Below, piece by piece: positions 26,170 to 40,402 of a DNA stretch of 61,450 nucleotides. Origin of the DNA: Mobula birostris (lineage: Eukaryota); assembly GCF_030028105.1 (NCBI RefSeq), contig NC_092373.1, positions 45,427,451 to 45,488,900 on the forward strand, read 5' to 3'. The position numbers and the translations under genes were made by a program. Positions within the stretch are counted from its first letter, which is position 1, and the number at the start of each line of letters is the position of its first letter. Under the pieces are notes generated by a model, which saw only the letters and a program-made list of their open reading frames with translations, did no database searches and was not told the origin of the DNA.

Positions 26170-29000
26170 ATAAAACATAGGAATAAAATTAGGCCATTCA
26201 GCCCATTGAGTCTGCTCCATCATTTGATCATCAGATATAGGAGCAGACTTGGACCATTTGACCTATTGAGTCTGCTCTGCCATTTCATCATGGCTGATCC
26301 GATTTTCGCCTCAGCCCCAATGTCCTGCCTTCTCCCCGTATCCTTTCATGCCCTGACCAATCAAGAATCTATCAACTTCTGCCTTAAACCTCTACCCCTC
26401 TATTCCAAGGTGTGTCCTCCGGTCTTAGACATTTCCCATTATAGGAAATGTCCTCTCCACATTTGCTCTATCAAGGCATTTCACCATTTGATAGATTTCA
26501 ATGAGGACACTCATCATTCTTCTGAATTCTAGTAAATACAGGCCCAGAACCATCAAATGCTCTTCATATGACAAGCCATTCAATCGTGGAATAATTTTTG
26601 TGAACCTCCTTTGAACTGTCTCCAGTTTCAGCACATCCTTTCTAAAATAAGGGAGACAAAACTACACACAACACTCCCAAGTAAAACTACACACAACACT
26701 CCCAAGTGAGGCCTCACCAGTGCTTTATAAAGTCTTAACGTTACATCTTTGCTTTTATATTCTAGTCCTCTTGAAATTAATGCTAACATTGCATTTAGAC
26801 TCAACCTACAAATGAACCTTTAGGGAATCCTGCACAAGGACTCCCAAGTTCCTTTGTGCCTCCGATTTTTCTGTTTTCTCTCCATTTCGAAAATGGTCAT
26901 TTCTTCTACCAAAGTGCATGACCATACACTTCCTGACACTGTATTCCATCTGCCATTTCTTTGCCCATTCTCCTAATCTAAGTCCTTCTGTAGCCTTTCT
27001 ATTCCCTCAAAACTACCTGCCCCTCCACCTATCTTCATATCGTTTGCAAACTTTGGAAACAAAGCCATCAATTCTATCAACCGAATAATTAACATACAAG
27101 ATAAAAAGAATTGGTCTCAATTTGGACCCCTGTGGAACACCACTAGTCACTGTCAGCCAATGAGAAAAGGCTCCCTTTATTCTCACTCTTTGCTTCTTGC
27201 CAATCAGCCACTGCTTTATCCATGCTAGAATCTTTACTGTAATACCATGGGCTCTTAGCTTGTTAAGCAGCCTCATGTATGGCACCTTGTCAAAGGCCTT
27301 CTGAAAATCCAGGTAAACAACATCAACCAATTCTTCTTTGTCTATCCTGCTTGTCATTTTCTCAAAAACTTCCAACAGATTTGTCAGGCAAGATTTTCCC
27401 CTGTGGAAACCATGCTGACTATGGCCTATTTTATCATGTGTTCCAAGTACCCTTTGACCTCATCCTTAATAATCATCTCCAATATCTTCCCAACCACTGA
27501 GGTCAGACTAACTGGCCTATAGTTTCTTTTGCCTCTCTCCCTTCTTGAAAATTGGAGTGACATTTGCAGAACCACTCTCGAATCTGGTGATTCTTGAAAG
27601 ATCATTACTAATGCCTCCATGATCTCTTCAGCCACCTCTTTCAGAACTCTGGGGTGTACATGATCTGGTCCAGGTGACTTGTCCTTCTTAAGACCTTTCA
27701 GTTTCCTAAGAACCTTCTCTCTGGTTATGGTAAATTCACACATTTCATGACCCCTGACACTTGGAACTTATGCCATACTGCTAGTGTCTTCCACAGTGAA
27801 GACTGGTGCAAAATATTTACTCAGTTCATCTGCCATTTCGTTGTCCCCCCCATTACTACCTCCAGCATCATTTTCCAGTGGTCCGAAATCCACTCTTGCC
27901 TCTCTTTTACACTTCTTCACTTCATATATCTGAAAATACTTTTAGTATCCTCTTTCATATTCTATCTTTACCTCAATGATTTTTTTGTTGCCTTCTGTAG
28001 GTTTTTGAAAGCTTCCCAATCCTCTAATTTCCCACTAATTTTTGTTCTATTATATGCTCTCTCTTTGGCTTTTATGTTAGCTTTGACTTATTAGCCACGG
28101 TTGTATCAAAGTTCCTTCAGAATACTTCATAAGACTGATTCCAAGAATGAAAAGGTTACCATTTGAGGAACGTCTGGCAGCTCCTGGGCTGTATTCCCTG
28201 GAGTTCAGGAGAATGAGGGGGATCTCATAGAAACATTCCGGATGTTAAAAGGCCTGAACAGAATAGATATGGCAAAGTTATTTCCTAAGGTAGGGGAGTC
28301 TGAGACAAGAGGGCACGACTTCAGGATTGAAGGACGTCCTTTTACAATAGAGATGCGGAGAAATTACTTTAGTGAGAGGATGGTAAATCTGGAATTTGTT
28401 GCCGTGAGTGGCTGTGGAGGCCAAGTCATTGGGTGTAATTAAGGCAGAGAGATAGATTCTTGATTAGCCAGGGCATCAAAGGGTATGGGGCGAAGGCAGG
28501 GGAGTGGGGATGACTGGAAGAATTGGATCAGCCCATGATTAAATGGCAGAGCAGGCTTGATGGGCCAAATGGCCTGCTTCTCCTATATCTTATGGTCTAC
28601 TTCTTCCTCTTTGTGATGTATATATCCTGCGTCTTTCAAATTGCTTCCAGAAATTCCAGCCATTGCTGCTCTGCCATCATTCCTGCCCTGCCATCATTCC
28701 TGCCAGTGTTCTTTTCCAATCTATTCTGGCCAATTCCTCTCTCATGACTCTGTAATTCCCTTTACTCCACTGTAATACTGATACATTTGACTTTAGATGT
28801 ATGGCCTTAACCCCGTTTTCCTGCTTTCTCCCCATGATGTTCAATACACTTTTCAATCAAAAACCAATCAACCTCCAGTTTAAATATACCCAATGACCTA
28901 GTCGCTACAGCTGTCTGTGGCAATGATTTCCAATGATCCATTACCCACTGGCTAAAGAAATTCCTCCTCATCCCTCTTCCAAAGAGACGTCCTTCTATTC
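26170..29000 (-). mobile_element. Decayed CR1 ORF2 (minus) with nested + strand CR1 3' fragment at 28129-28597
   Basis: YLDFQKAFDKVP, NYRPVSLTSVVGK and KSPGPD peptides on minus; nested piece flanked by TACTTC repeats. Confidence 0.85.
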
Positions 29001-29155
29001 TGAGGCTAAGCACTGTAGGAATTTGTTAAATGTCCCTAATGTATCTGCCTCTGCCACCACCCTTGGCAACGTGTTCCACAGTCTACCACTTCCTGTGTTT
29101 AAACATAAAACCTGCCTCTGTCATCCCCCCTGTATTTTCCGCCAAATACTTTAAA

Positions 29156-32110
29156 GGGGCGTATAGCCCGGTGAGAGTTTGGGGAGCTGGGTTATGCACA
29201 ATAGGCAGCAATTTAAACAGAGAGAGGAGAAATGGGTTAAAAATTCTATATCTGAATGCACGAAGTGTCAGAAATAAGGCGGATGAGCTTGAAGCTCAGG
29301 TGCGAATGGGTAACTATGATGTTGTTGGGATAACGGAGACATGGCTGCAGGGGGATCAGAGCTGGGAATTGAATGTACAAGGGTAAACATGCTATCGAAG
29401 GGACAGAAAGGTGGGCAGAGGGGGTGGGGTGGCCCTGTTGGTGAGGAATGAGATTCAGTCCCTTGCAAGGGGGGGGACATAGAATCAGGAGAAGTAGGAT
29501 CAGTGTGGATAGAACTGAGGAACAGTAAGGGCAAAAAAACCCTAATAGGTGTTAACTACAGGCCCCCAAACAGTAGCATGGATATTGGGTGCAAGTTAAA
29601 TAGGGAGTTAACAATGGCATGTGGCAAAGGAAATGTCGCAGTAGTTATGGGAGATTTCAACATGCAGGTGAACTGGGAAAATCAGGTTGGTACTGGACCC
29701 CAGGATAGGGAGTTTGTAGAGTGCCTACGGGATGCATTTTTGGAGCAGGTTGTATGAGAGCCGACCAGGGATAAGGCTATTCTGGATTTAGTGTTGTGCA
29801 ATGAACAGGATTTGATAAGTGATCTTGAAGTAAAGGAGCCACTAGGAGGTAGTGACCATAATATGATAAGTTTTTATCTGCAAGTTGAGAGGGATAAGGG
29901 CAGATCAGAAGTGTCAGTATTGCAGTTGAACAAAGGAGACTATGGAGCCATGAGGGAGGAGCTGGCCAAAGCTGACTGGTCGGATATCCTAGCAGAAAAG
30001 ACAGTGGAACAGCAATGGCAGGTATTCTTGGGAATAATGCACAAGGTGCAAAATCAGTTCATCCCCCGGAGAAGGAAGGATTCAAAGGGGGGAAAGTGGC
30101 CACAGTGATTGACAAAGGAAGTCAGAGATAGCATGCATTAAAAAAGTATAACAGAGCTAAGGTGAGTGGGAAGAGGGATGATTGGGAAATTTTTAAGGAG
30201 CAACAGAATTTAACTAAAAAGGCAATATGGGGACAAAAAAATGAGGTATGAACGCAAGCTAGCTGGGAATATAAAGGAGGATAGCAAAAGTTTTTTTTAG
30301 GTATGTGGAGAGAAGGAAGATAGTTAAGAACAATGTTGGGTCCTTGAAGAATGAATTGGGAGAAATTGTTATGGGAAACAGAGAAATGGCAGATGAATTT
30401 AATAAGTACTTTGGATCTGTCTTCACTAGGGAAGACACAAGCAATTTCCCAGATGTATGGATAGGCCAAGGACATAGGGTAACAGAGGAACTGAAACAGA
30501 TTGACATTAGGAAGGAAACGGTGATGAGTAGACTGATGGGACTGAAGGCTAACAAATCCCCAGGTCCAGATGGTCTGCATCCTAGGGTACTAAAGGATGT
30601 GGCTCTGGAAATTGCGGCTGCATTGGTGATCATTTTCCAATGTTCCTCAGATTCAGCATCAGTTCCTGAGGATTGGCGAATGGCTAATGTTATCCCACTT
30701 TTTAAGAAAGGAGGGAGGGAGAAAACAGAGAACTATCGCCCTGTTAGCCTAACATCAGTAGTGGGGAAGATGCTAGAGTCCATTATTAAAGATGAAATAG
30801 CGGCATATCTTGATAGCAGTGATAGGATTGGGCCGAGCCAGCATGGATTTACCAAGGGCAAATCATGCTTGACTAATCTATTCGAGCTTTTCGAGGATGT
30901 AACCAGGAAGATAGACGTGGGAGATCCAGTGGATGTGGTGTTCCTTGACTTTCAGAAGGCATTTGATAAGGTACCATATAGGAGATTGGTGGGTAAAATC
31001 AGAGCTCATGGCATTGGGGGGAGCATATTGACATGGATAGAAAACTGGCTGGCAGATAGAAAGCAAAGGGTAGCAGTGAATGGGTGTTTCTCGGAATGGC
31101 AGGTGGTGACTAGTGGGGTGCCACAGGGCTCGGTATTGGGACCACAGTTGTTTACGATTTACGTCAATGATTTAGAGGAAGGCATTGTGAATAACATCAG
31201 CAAGTTTGCTGATGATACTAAGCTGGGTGGCAGTGTGACATGTGGTGAGGATGTTAGGAGAATTCAAGGTGACTTGGATAGGCTGGGTGAGTGGGCGGAA
31301 ACTTGGCAGATGGCATTTAATGTGAATAAGTGTGAGGTTATTCACTTTGGGAGCAAGAACAGGAAGGCGGATTATTATCTGAACGGCGTGGAGTTAGGTA
31401 GGGGAGAAATACAAAGAGATCTAGGAGTACTTGTTCATCAGTCTCTGAAGGTGAATGAGCAAGTGCAGCAGGCAGTGAAGAAGGCTAATGGAACGTTGGC
31501 CTTTATTACAAAGGGAATTGAGTACAAGAGCGAGGAAATCCTTTTGCATTTGTACAGGGCCCTGGTGTATTGTGTGCAGTTTTGGTCTCCAGGGCTAAGG
31601 AAGGACATCCTGGCTGTGGAGGAGGTGCAGCGTAGGTTCACTAGGTTAATTCCTGGGATGTCCGGACTGTCTTACGCAGAGAGGTTAGAGAGACTGGGCT
31701 TGTACACGCTGGAATTAAGGAGATTGAGGGGGGATCTGATTGAGACATATAAGATTATTAAGGGATTGGACAAGATAGAGGCAGGAAATATGTTCCAGAT
31801 GCTGGGAGAGTCCAGTACCTGAGGGCATGGTTTAAGAATAAGGGGTAGGTCATTTAGGACAGAGTTGAGGAGGAACGACTTCTCCCAGAGAGTTGTGGAG
31901 GTGTGGAACGTGCTGCCTCAGAAGGCAGTGGAGGCCAATTCTCTGGATGCTTTCAAGAAGGAGCTAGATAGGTATCTTATGGATAGGGGAATCAAGGGTT
32001 AGGGGGACAAGGCAGGAACCGGGTATTGATAGTAGATGATCAGCCATGATCTCAGAATGGCGGTGCAGGCTCCAAGTGCTGAATGGTCTACTTCTGCACC
32101 TATTGTCTAT
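29156..32110 (+). mobile_element. Near-complete CR1 ORF2 (APE endonuclease + RT) with 3' UTR, inactivated
   Basis: LKILYLNARS...GITETWL, MGDFN and GGSDH (EN); 505-aa RT ORF 30305..31822 with KFADD; several stops and frameshifts; CTATTGTCTAT tail. Interrupts an older minus-strand CR1 (about 29000-29155 and 32111-32715). Confidence 0.93.
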
Positions 32111-32789
32111 AAGTATTGCAATTAGATGTTAGCCATTTTTGCCCTTGGGAAGAAGTCTCTGGCTATCCAGTTGAACTATGCCCCTTTTCATCTTGTACAC
32201 CTCTCATCCTCCTTCCTTCCAAAGAGGATAGCCTTAGCTCACTCAACCTATCCACATAAGGCACCGTCATGGTTGGTAAATCTCCTCTGCACCCTCTCTA
32301 ATGCTTTCATATCCTTCCTATTATGAGGTGACTTGAACTGAACAATACTCCGTGTAGTCCAACCAGAGTTTTATAGAGATGCAATATTACCTTTTAACTC
32401 AATCCCCTGACTAATGAAGACCAACGCACCAAACATTGTCTTAATTACACTGTTATACTTCAACTTTGAGGGAAGTCCAAGATCCCTCTGTTCATCCACA
32501 CTGTTAAAAATCCTGCCATTAATCCTGTATTCTGCTTCTAGGTGGAATTTGCAAAGTGTATCACTTCACTTTTCGGCATTGAACAACATATGTCGCTTCT
32601 CAGCCTCGCTCTGCATGCATCAATGTCCCACTGTATCCTCAGACAACTTTTTGCATTATCCATCTGCAAACTTACTAATCCACCCTTCTACTTGACCAAG
32701 TCATTTATAAAAATCGATATCCCTGTATATTCTAGCCAGTATTTTCAATTTTATTTATTTGCTGAAAGTGTTACAAACATACTAAATGA

Positions 32790-32924
<135 letters not shown>

Positions 32925-33201
32925 GATAGAAGAACAGGAATGTGGAAATCATACATGTGCTTAAGTTATCAATGAAATCAAATTTGTTTGTTGATATTAG
33001 TCAACAAATGATTTCTCACACCAAATTTGTAAATGTCCTACATTTCCAGTTCTCCCTGTTTCAAAGGAGATGACGTAGGAAAGTAACTATTTAAAATTAA
33101 TGACGGGCTTAAATTTTTCAAAAAAATTTAGTGGCCATATCACGAAAAGGAAGTATACGTTTTTTGATGTTTGTAAAATGGAATTCTTTGAACAGAATCC
33201 A

Positions 33202-33207
33202 AATAAA
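33202..33207 (+). terminator. Candidate POLR2H polyadenylation signal
   Basis: First AATAAA seen after the stop codon, about 280 nt downstream. Confidence 0.55.
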
Positions 33208-34299
33208 AATGTTTGTTGTTTCAAAAATAACATTACATGCCATTTAATGCTATGACATTGAGATCTGAGTTAACTGATAATGACACTCTTTAATTAAAGG
33301 CCATATTTATGAGCACAAAAACCCAAAATGTAACCAAAAGGACTAATGGAATTGAAAAGTAATGATACTTAAGTGGCCTTTATCATTCCCCATGTGAAAC
33401 ATTGCATTTAGTTTGGGCATTGAATCTTGGGAAAGATGCACATCTGTAAGTAGGCATATCGGGATGATAATCACAAGGGTTTAAATAACAAACATTCATT
33501 TATTAGACTTACGAGCACCAAGTGCTTCACCTCTAAATGCTTCTGAACTCTAACCACTATTACCATTTTTGGTAATTAAAAACCTAGAGCATCCAATTTG
33601 CTACTCTGAGATCCAGGAGATCCAACACAGAATAATGACATGTTAGTTGGGTTTTAAATATTGCCCAAAATTTAAAAAAAATAAATTATGAAGCTGTGTT
33701 ACACTACTATGATATTTAAAAGATTGACCAAACTGCTAAATGAGATAATTAAAATAATGAATTTGATATGCTGAATCCAGATTGTGAAATACTGGTGTAA
33801 AATCAGAAAACGTGGCACATATAAAATAATATACCACTAATTCCTGATGTTTGGTCAACTAAAAATTCAAAAAATAAAAGTTTGATTTTGTAAAGCAAGC
33901 GTATTAAGGGATGTGAAGCAAAGATGGGTAAATGGATTACAAGCACACATCTGTCATCTAACTAAATGGTGGGACATGCCTGTTCCTGTGAAGACATGGT
34001 TCAATCCCATGAAGGGACAAAAAGTGTTTATAAAGAGACATGAAGCGTCTCAAAGTGTTTCAAAGCTACTTAACAGTTGTCAGTGTGTCAGTTTATCATT
34101 TGCATTGTCCCAGTGCAAAACAGTTGAGTGAAGAAGAGAAATTCACAATGTTGCAAGAAAGGAATGAAACCAAGGAATAGTGTGCTAGGCATGACAGCAA
34201 TATGCATTATATTCATGTGATATTTCATGTTTTGCATTTCTGTTAATTTAAAAACTAATATCCACTAAAGCACAAATAGTGTAAAAAAATGCAATAAAC

Positions 34300-35364
34300 A
34301 TTTGATAATTTTGGAACTGCAATTTCTGGGTTATTACAAAAGAACTTGATAATGTACACCTCAGAGAACAAAAAAGAAATAGGTCCTGGAAAAAGTGAAT
34401 GCACTGGGGTCATCTTCTAAGATTCTTTAGAATCTGTGGAGCAGTTTCTACAGACTGGAGGAATGTAGTGGTATTACCACTATTTTAAAGAAAGGAAGAG
34501 GTTAAAAAAAAGAACGAAATGACAACCTAGTAAGTCAGTAGTGGAGATGATAACAGAATCTGTTGTAAAAACTGCAATAACAACATTTGAGAGGTGTAGA
34601 CAATTATGAAAAAGAAAGCATACTTATTAGTGGTGTTTTTTTGAGTATGTAACTGGTGGATTAGATGAAGGAGAAGCAGTGAATACTTATTTTGATGCTT
34701 AGGAGGCCCATCATAATGTCCCACACAAAATGTCAGTGCTCAGGATGACGGTACTTTGGATGGATTCTCATAGAGACATAGGATGAAAATTGGTTAGATA
34801 GGAAGCATAGAATAAATGGGTGTTTTTCTGGGTGGCAGCAAATTCTGGAGTGCACTAGGGATAAGTGCTTGAACCCCAGGCATCCACAACATGAATGATT
34901 TGGATAATGTATTTAAGTTTGCATATGACATACAGAGATGGGGGCTACAAGCTGTGAAGAGGATTCAAAGAAGAACCAATGTAGACAGGTTGGTTGTCAC
35001 TGAAGCTCAATGCAGCTGGTGCTGAAGCTCTATGGGGAAGGAATGCAATCAAGGGTCCTTCCATTACTGTACCAGGAGGAGCGGGGAAGCTTTCAAACAA
35101 TGAAAGGAATACGGCCTCAGGGAGCCATATGAATGACAGTGCTATATTTGTTATTTTTTATTACAAGTTTACACTCCTAAATATAACAACAATGAATATA
35201 AAAGCTTTCAAATCAGGTTTAATATCACTGACATATGTTGCAAATTTTTTTTGTTTTGCAGTAGCAGTACATTGGAATACATACAGAAACTACTTGTACT
35301 GTGTGAACCTTTCCTCGCGGTCGCAAGTAGTTTCTGTCTGAAATTTAAAAAACCTAAATTTCAA

Positions 35365-35439
<75 letters not shown>

Positions 35440-36065
35440 ATTTTAAGTTTAAGTTGTGCACGGTTTACTTTGTATGTTTTTTGTTAAGAATAAACGTATC
35501 TTTGAAATTAAAGCTGCTACAAGACCTGGGTGTCATGCATCAGTCTCTGAAAGTAAGTGTTCAATTGCATCAAGAAATTGAGAACAAAAACAGTTTGTTG
35601 ACTTTCAAAGTAAATGGACTTGAGTACAGAAATTTACTGCAGCTGGACTGGGTTTTGTTGGGACCCCATCAGAAAGTTCAGTGATGGTTTATATTATAAA
35701 AGAATACAACACTAGTTAGGCTACATCTTCAAAGATATAGAAACAGAAGATGTATTTACTGGAGTGAATGCAGAACAGTTTGCAAGAATTTGTCAGAACT
35801 AGTAAATATTAGTTATGAGTAACCCCTATTTGGTAGACATTAATTTCATTGGAATAGAAGAAGGTAGAGATTAAAAGAAAGTATAAAATGACAATCTTAG
35901 AGGGGAACTTCCTGTTTACTCTCTTTTACAGAGGTTTCAGAAATACAGGGTTAGACTTAAATTAGACAGGAGATGGGTAGAAAAATTTTCAACAGTTGCA
36001 GGGTAGAGATCTGAAAGGGGAAGATAGGTGGAGGTACATTTACACAACACTTAGATGTATACTTA
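34300..36065 (+). mobile_element. Very old CR1 relic with insertions
   Basis: Residual RT DNA (AAGTTTGCATATGACA; DLGVMHQSLKVS peptide). Confidence 0.5.
35365..35436. repeat. Compound microsatellite (GT)12(AT)24
   Basis: Read directly. Confidence 0.95.
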
Positions 36066-36659
36066 AAGGTCTACCTGTCTGGTCTGCATTCCTCATTTTT
36101 CACTTCATGAAGGAGATTAACTAAATCTCTATCTTATATTTTCTATATTTTTAATTTCCATGATGCTTTGATATTGGAAAAGACTAACATCTATTGCCAA
36201 TCCTTTTGAAATTTCTGCATGCCTCCTGACTCCAAGCTGTCTGGTGCTTGCCTTAAAATTATTTCAGTGGTGCCATCAGTATACGAGGGAAACCTGGTAA
36301 ATAAAAAAAAAAACTCCAGTAATACCCCACCATGGTAGTAAATGGATTACGTGCCTATTTATTATTTGAACATTGACAGGACATTGAGATTTAGTATGTC
36401 ACCAAAAACTTGACAAATTTCCGTAGATGCATAGTGAAGAGTATCCTAACTGGTTGCATCAATGTCAGGAATGGAAAAGGCTACAGAAAGTGATAGATAC
36501 ATCTAGTCCATTACAGGCAAAGCCTTCCCCACCAGTGAGTACATTTCCAAGGAGCACTGCCACAAGAAAGCAGCATCCATCATCAAAGACCTTCACCGTC
36601 AGGACCATGCATGTTTTTCGCTACTACCATCAGGTAAGAGGTACAGATGCCTTAAGACT

Positions 36660-37965
36660 ATAAGAGGTAGGAGTAGAATTGGACATTCGGCCATTTGAAT
36701 CAGCTCCGCCTTCTCATCATGGCTGATTTATTTTCCCTCTCAACCTCATTTTGCCTTCTCCCCTTAACGTTTCACGCCCTGACTAATCAAGAAACTATCA
36801 ACCACCACCTTAAATACACCCAATAACCTCGCCTCCACAGCTGCCTGTGGCAATGAATTCCACAGATTCACCACCCTCTGGCTGAAGAAATTACTCTTCA
36901 CCTCCATTCCAAATGGACATCCCTCTATTCTAAGGCTGTGCCCTCCGGTCCTAAGCTCCCCCACTATAGAAAAAATCTTCTCCACATCCACTCTATCTGT
37001 GCCTTTCAACATTTGATTCCCCCCTCATTCTTCTAAGTTCTAGCAAGTACAGGTCCAGAGCCATCAAATTTTCCTCATATAATAACCCTTTCATTCCTGG
37101 AATCATTCTTGTGAACCTCCTCTGAACCCTCTCCAATGTCAGCACATTCTTTTTTTCAGATAAGGGGCCCAAATCTGCTCCCAAGTGAGACATAACCAGG
37201 GCTTTATAAAGTCTCAGTATCATCTGCATACTTGGCCACAAAGCCAATCAATTCTGTAATCCAAATCATTGACATATAATGTAAAAAGAAACGGTTCCAA
37301 CACCAACCCCCACAAAATACCACTACTCACTGGCAGCACACCAGAAAAGGCTCCCTTTATTCCCAGTCTTTGCCTCCTGCCAATCTGCCAACATTCTGTC
37401 CATGTTTGAATCTATCCTGTAAATACCATGTGCTCTTATCTTGTTAAGCAGCTTCATGTGTGGTACCTTGTCAAAGGCCTACTGAAAATACAAGTACACA
37501 ACACCCATTGATTCTCCTCTGTCTATCCAGCTTGTTATTTCTTCAAAGAATTCCAACAGGTAAGATTTTCCCTTGAGGAAACAAAGCTGATTTGGCCTAT
37601 TTTATCATGTGCTTCAAAGTACCCCAAGATCTCATACTTAATAATCGACTCCAACAGCTTCCCAACCACTGAGGTCAGGCTAAATGGCCTATAATTTCCT
37701 TTCTTCTGTCTCCCTCCCTTCTCAATGAGTGGAGTAACATTTGCACTTTTTCAGTCCTCCGGAACCATGCCAGAATTTAGTGATTCTTGAAAGATCATTA
37801 ATAATGCCTCCACAATCTCTTCAGTTACCTCTTTCAAAACCCTGGGGTGTAGTCCATCTGGTCCAAGTGTCTTATCCACTTTTAACTTCCCAAGCACTTT
37901 CTCCTGAGTAACAGCAATTGCACTCACTTCTGCCCCGACACTTGAATATCCAGCATAGTGCTAGA
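36660..37965 (-). mobile_element. Internally deleted CR1 inserted in a Rex1-type 3' fragment (about 36380-36660 and 38090-38345)
   Basis: FFSQRVVNLWNSLPQ and LERVQRRFTRMIPG peptides on minus; Rex1-type 3' sequence on both sides. Confidence 0.8.
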
Positions 37966-38720
37966 GTTCTTCCTTGCCCTTGCCCCCATTAGTTCTTCGT
38001 CATTTTGCAATAGTATATTGTAAGGCAATATGCTATCCATGTGTCTCTTACTCATCCATAGAATATCATGTCTACTAAGTATGGAATCCCCTTCCTGTCA
38101 CTACTCTAAACCGATTCTAGGACTCACAAACTTATTTTAAAAGACTCTTTATAACTCATGTTATCAGTTTTGTTTTTTATTTGTACAGTTTGTCTTCGTT
38201 TGAACATCGGCCGCCTGTCTTTATGTATAATTTTCGGAAATTTTATGATGTTTCATTTTCCCTTTAAATGCTTGGAAGAAAATGAATCTCAAAGCAGTAT
38301 ATAGTAACATATACGTACTTTGATAATAGTTTACTTTGAACTTTTGAATTAACTCAAATCACCTGACCTTCCAGAAGACACCAGAATGCAGCTCCCTCTC
38401 CTTTAAGCGGAGGGGTGGTTTCTGTGTTTCAGAGGGATTCGAGCCGCCAATTCTCTGCCCGAGTACTGCCCAGTGAGGTAGCTGACGACAGCGCTCCTCC
38501 CTTGCTTCAGTGGAGGTGCTGGGGTAGGCAGAAGCCACCTCACCTGGCAGGACGACGTCTGCAGTTGGCGCCCACCGAACTTTCCAGCGCTGACCGCGTT
38601 AAAGGTTAAATCAACGGGGTGCTGTGCGCGCGTCCAAACACTGCCAGGCACGTGCCAGTGAGCGAGGCGCGCTCCCGAGCCGTCAGCAGCGGCGGCAGCT
38701 GCAGCAGGCTGAGGCTGGGA

Positions 38721-38756
38721 GAGCCAGAGCCAGAGCCGGAGCCGGAGCCGGAGCCG
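38721..38756 (+). repeat. (GAGCCR)6 hexamer repeat in the putative 5' UTR
   Basis: GAGCCA x2 followed by GAGCCG x4. Confidence 0.9.
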
Positions 38757-38832
38757 TCGCTGAGTACAGTACCTGACCTCGCGTGGTTGGGCGGCCCAGC
38801 CGCGCAGAAGTGAGGGAGGCGGCCGCAGTGCG

Positions 38833-38908
38833 ATGGAGCATTGCACCAAGCGCAGGCTCACTCACATCGCTATCGGATTACTCTTTCTCTTCAGCGGCAT
38901 CGAGTACG
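38833..38908 (+). CDS. MFSD8-like major facilitator superfamily transporter, coding exon 1
   Basis: GCGATGG Kozak context; MEHCTKRRLTHIAIGLLFLFSGIEY + G; GTAAGG donor; phase joins exon 54001. Confidence 0.88.
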
Positions 38909-39446
38909 GTAAGGACTGGGCGGTATGGAGCGGGCACAGCCGGTACGCCATTTAAACCCCTACCCCCGGCCATTGTCGGCTCAGTTTCCACAATCTCGTC
39001 CCGCCCCATCCTCTGATCCATTACTGTGATTCAAGTCAGCCTTGAATGGGGCGATTTACTGGAGTTGGATGTTCAATTCGGGCCACTTGAGGCCAGTTTA
39101 GGCAAAAAAGAGGAAGTAACAGGCGAGGATTGATATAGTGGACAGTGAGTCGTGGTCGTGGTTCATGATTTGACGTACAGTATAGTGACTCTGGGTTGGG
39201 CAACGTATAACTTTAAGTAGACCTACCTTAATCAGTTGACGAAGGAGTGAAGAAGGCTATGTTCTTTCTCAGACCTCTAAGACTGTACTGGACCCTTCCA
39301 ACTTAACCTGATGTTAAATTAATTTTGCATTCTACTTGTTTGCCACGTTAATAATGGGACGAGCTTAAACATACTTAGAAGGAAACATTCAAACACACAT
39401 TAGTTCAGGTACTGAATTAAGTTACAATCATGTGCCTTCCATATGA

Positions 39447-39634
39447 TCAACACACATCAAAGTTGCTGGTGAACGCAGCAGGCCAGGCAGCATCTCTAGG
39501 GAGAGGTACAGTCGACGTTTCGGGCCGAGACCCTTCGTCTCTTCCTAGAGATGCTGCCTGGCCTGCTGCATTCACCAGCAACTTTGATGTGTGTTGCTTG
39601 AATTTCCAGCATCTGCAGAATTCCTCGTGTTTGC
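39447..39634. mobile_element. Short Penelope-derived inverted-repeat insertion
   Basis: 13-bp TSD GCCTTCCATATGA (39434-39446 and 39635-39647); left arm breaks inside the hammerhead core. Confidence 0.9.
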
Positions 39635-40252
39635 GCCTTCCATATGAGGTAATTTTTAGTACTTGTATAGGATTGCAACATTTTTCAAAGACTTTCTTTT
39701 GCATTGAGGCAATATTACAGGTTTATAGTTTTAATGTCTCTTCTATTTGAGATAAATATCTGGTTGCAGTATATCTAGTTTCCTTACGACGAAAACTGAC
39801 CTTGTAATGAAGAGGGAACAATCACTTGAGATGAAGCAACATTTTTAGTAGCAAACCAATCTTGAGAAATGTTAAATACTGTATAGTTTTGTTTGTTGAT
39901 TTCTAAAGTTGTAGTGCAGCACTTTGCTCTCACAAATCCCATTTTTGTCACAGGATGCTATGTTGTAATCTGATGCTAAGGGATTTGTGTGACAGATTTA
40001 ATGAATGGTTCTTTAGCTGAAATAATTCACACCAACAAGAAAGTTTAAACAATTTTGGTAATAGTCAAGGGACATTGATTTAAAGTTAAACTGGGCAGCT
40101 ATATGGACAGGAAAGGAATAGAGTGTTATGGGCCGAGTGCAGGTCGGTGGGACTAGGTGAGAGTAAGAGTTCGGCATGGACTAGAAGGGCCGAGATGGCC
40201 TGTTTCCGTGCTGTAATTGTTATATGGTTATATAGTCCTTTTTTTAAAAAAA

Positions 40253-40402
40253 AAACTGCTGGAAGAACTTAGTGGGTCTGGTAGCATCTGTGGAGGGAAG
40301 TGAACAATTGATCTTTTGGGTTGAGACATCAGCCTGTTCTGCTGAGTTCCTCCAGCAACTTGGTTTATGCTTCAGGTTCTAGTATTCGCAGTCTTTTGTG
40401 TG
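40253..40402. mobile_element. Old Penelope mini inverted repeat (second subfamily)
   Basis: TGCTGGAAGAACTTAG ... CTGAGTTCCTCCAGCA inverted arms. Confidence 0.55.

Larger units (their letters stand above)
38440..39015 (+). promoter_or_regulatory. CpG island/promoter of the MFSD8-like gene
   Basis: GC- and CpG-rich block around ATG 38833; palindromic GGCACGTGCC at 38647-38656. Confidence 0.8.

Noticed and set aside
26658-26707. 25-bp tandem duplication AAAACTACACACAACACTCCCAAGT
   Set aside because: Simple local slippage inside a dead CR1.
30305-31822. 505-aa ORF as an active or domesticated RT
   Set aside because: Endonuclease region has stops and frameshifts, the RPHLE motif is deleted and the C-terminus is prematurely stopped.
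38403-39016. GC-rich ORFs including the EPEPEPEP ORF 38619..38813
   Set aside because: By-products of the CpG island and hexamer repeat; the supported frame starts at 38833.
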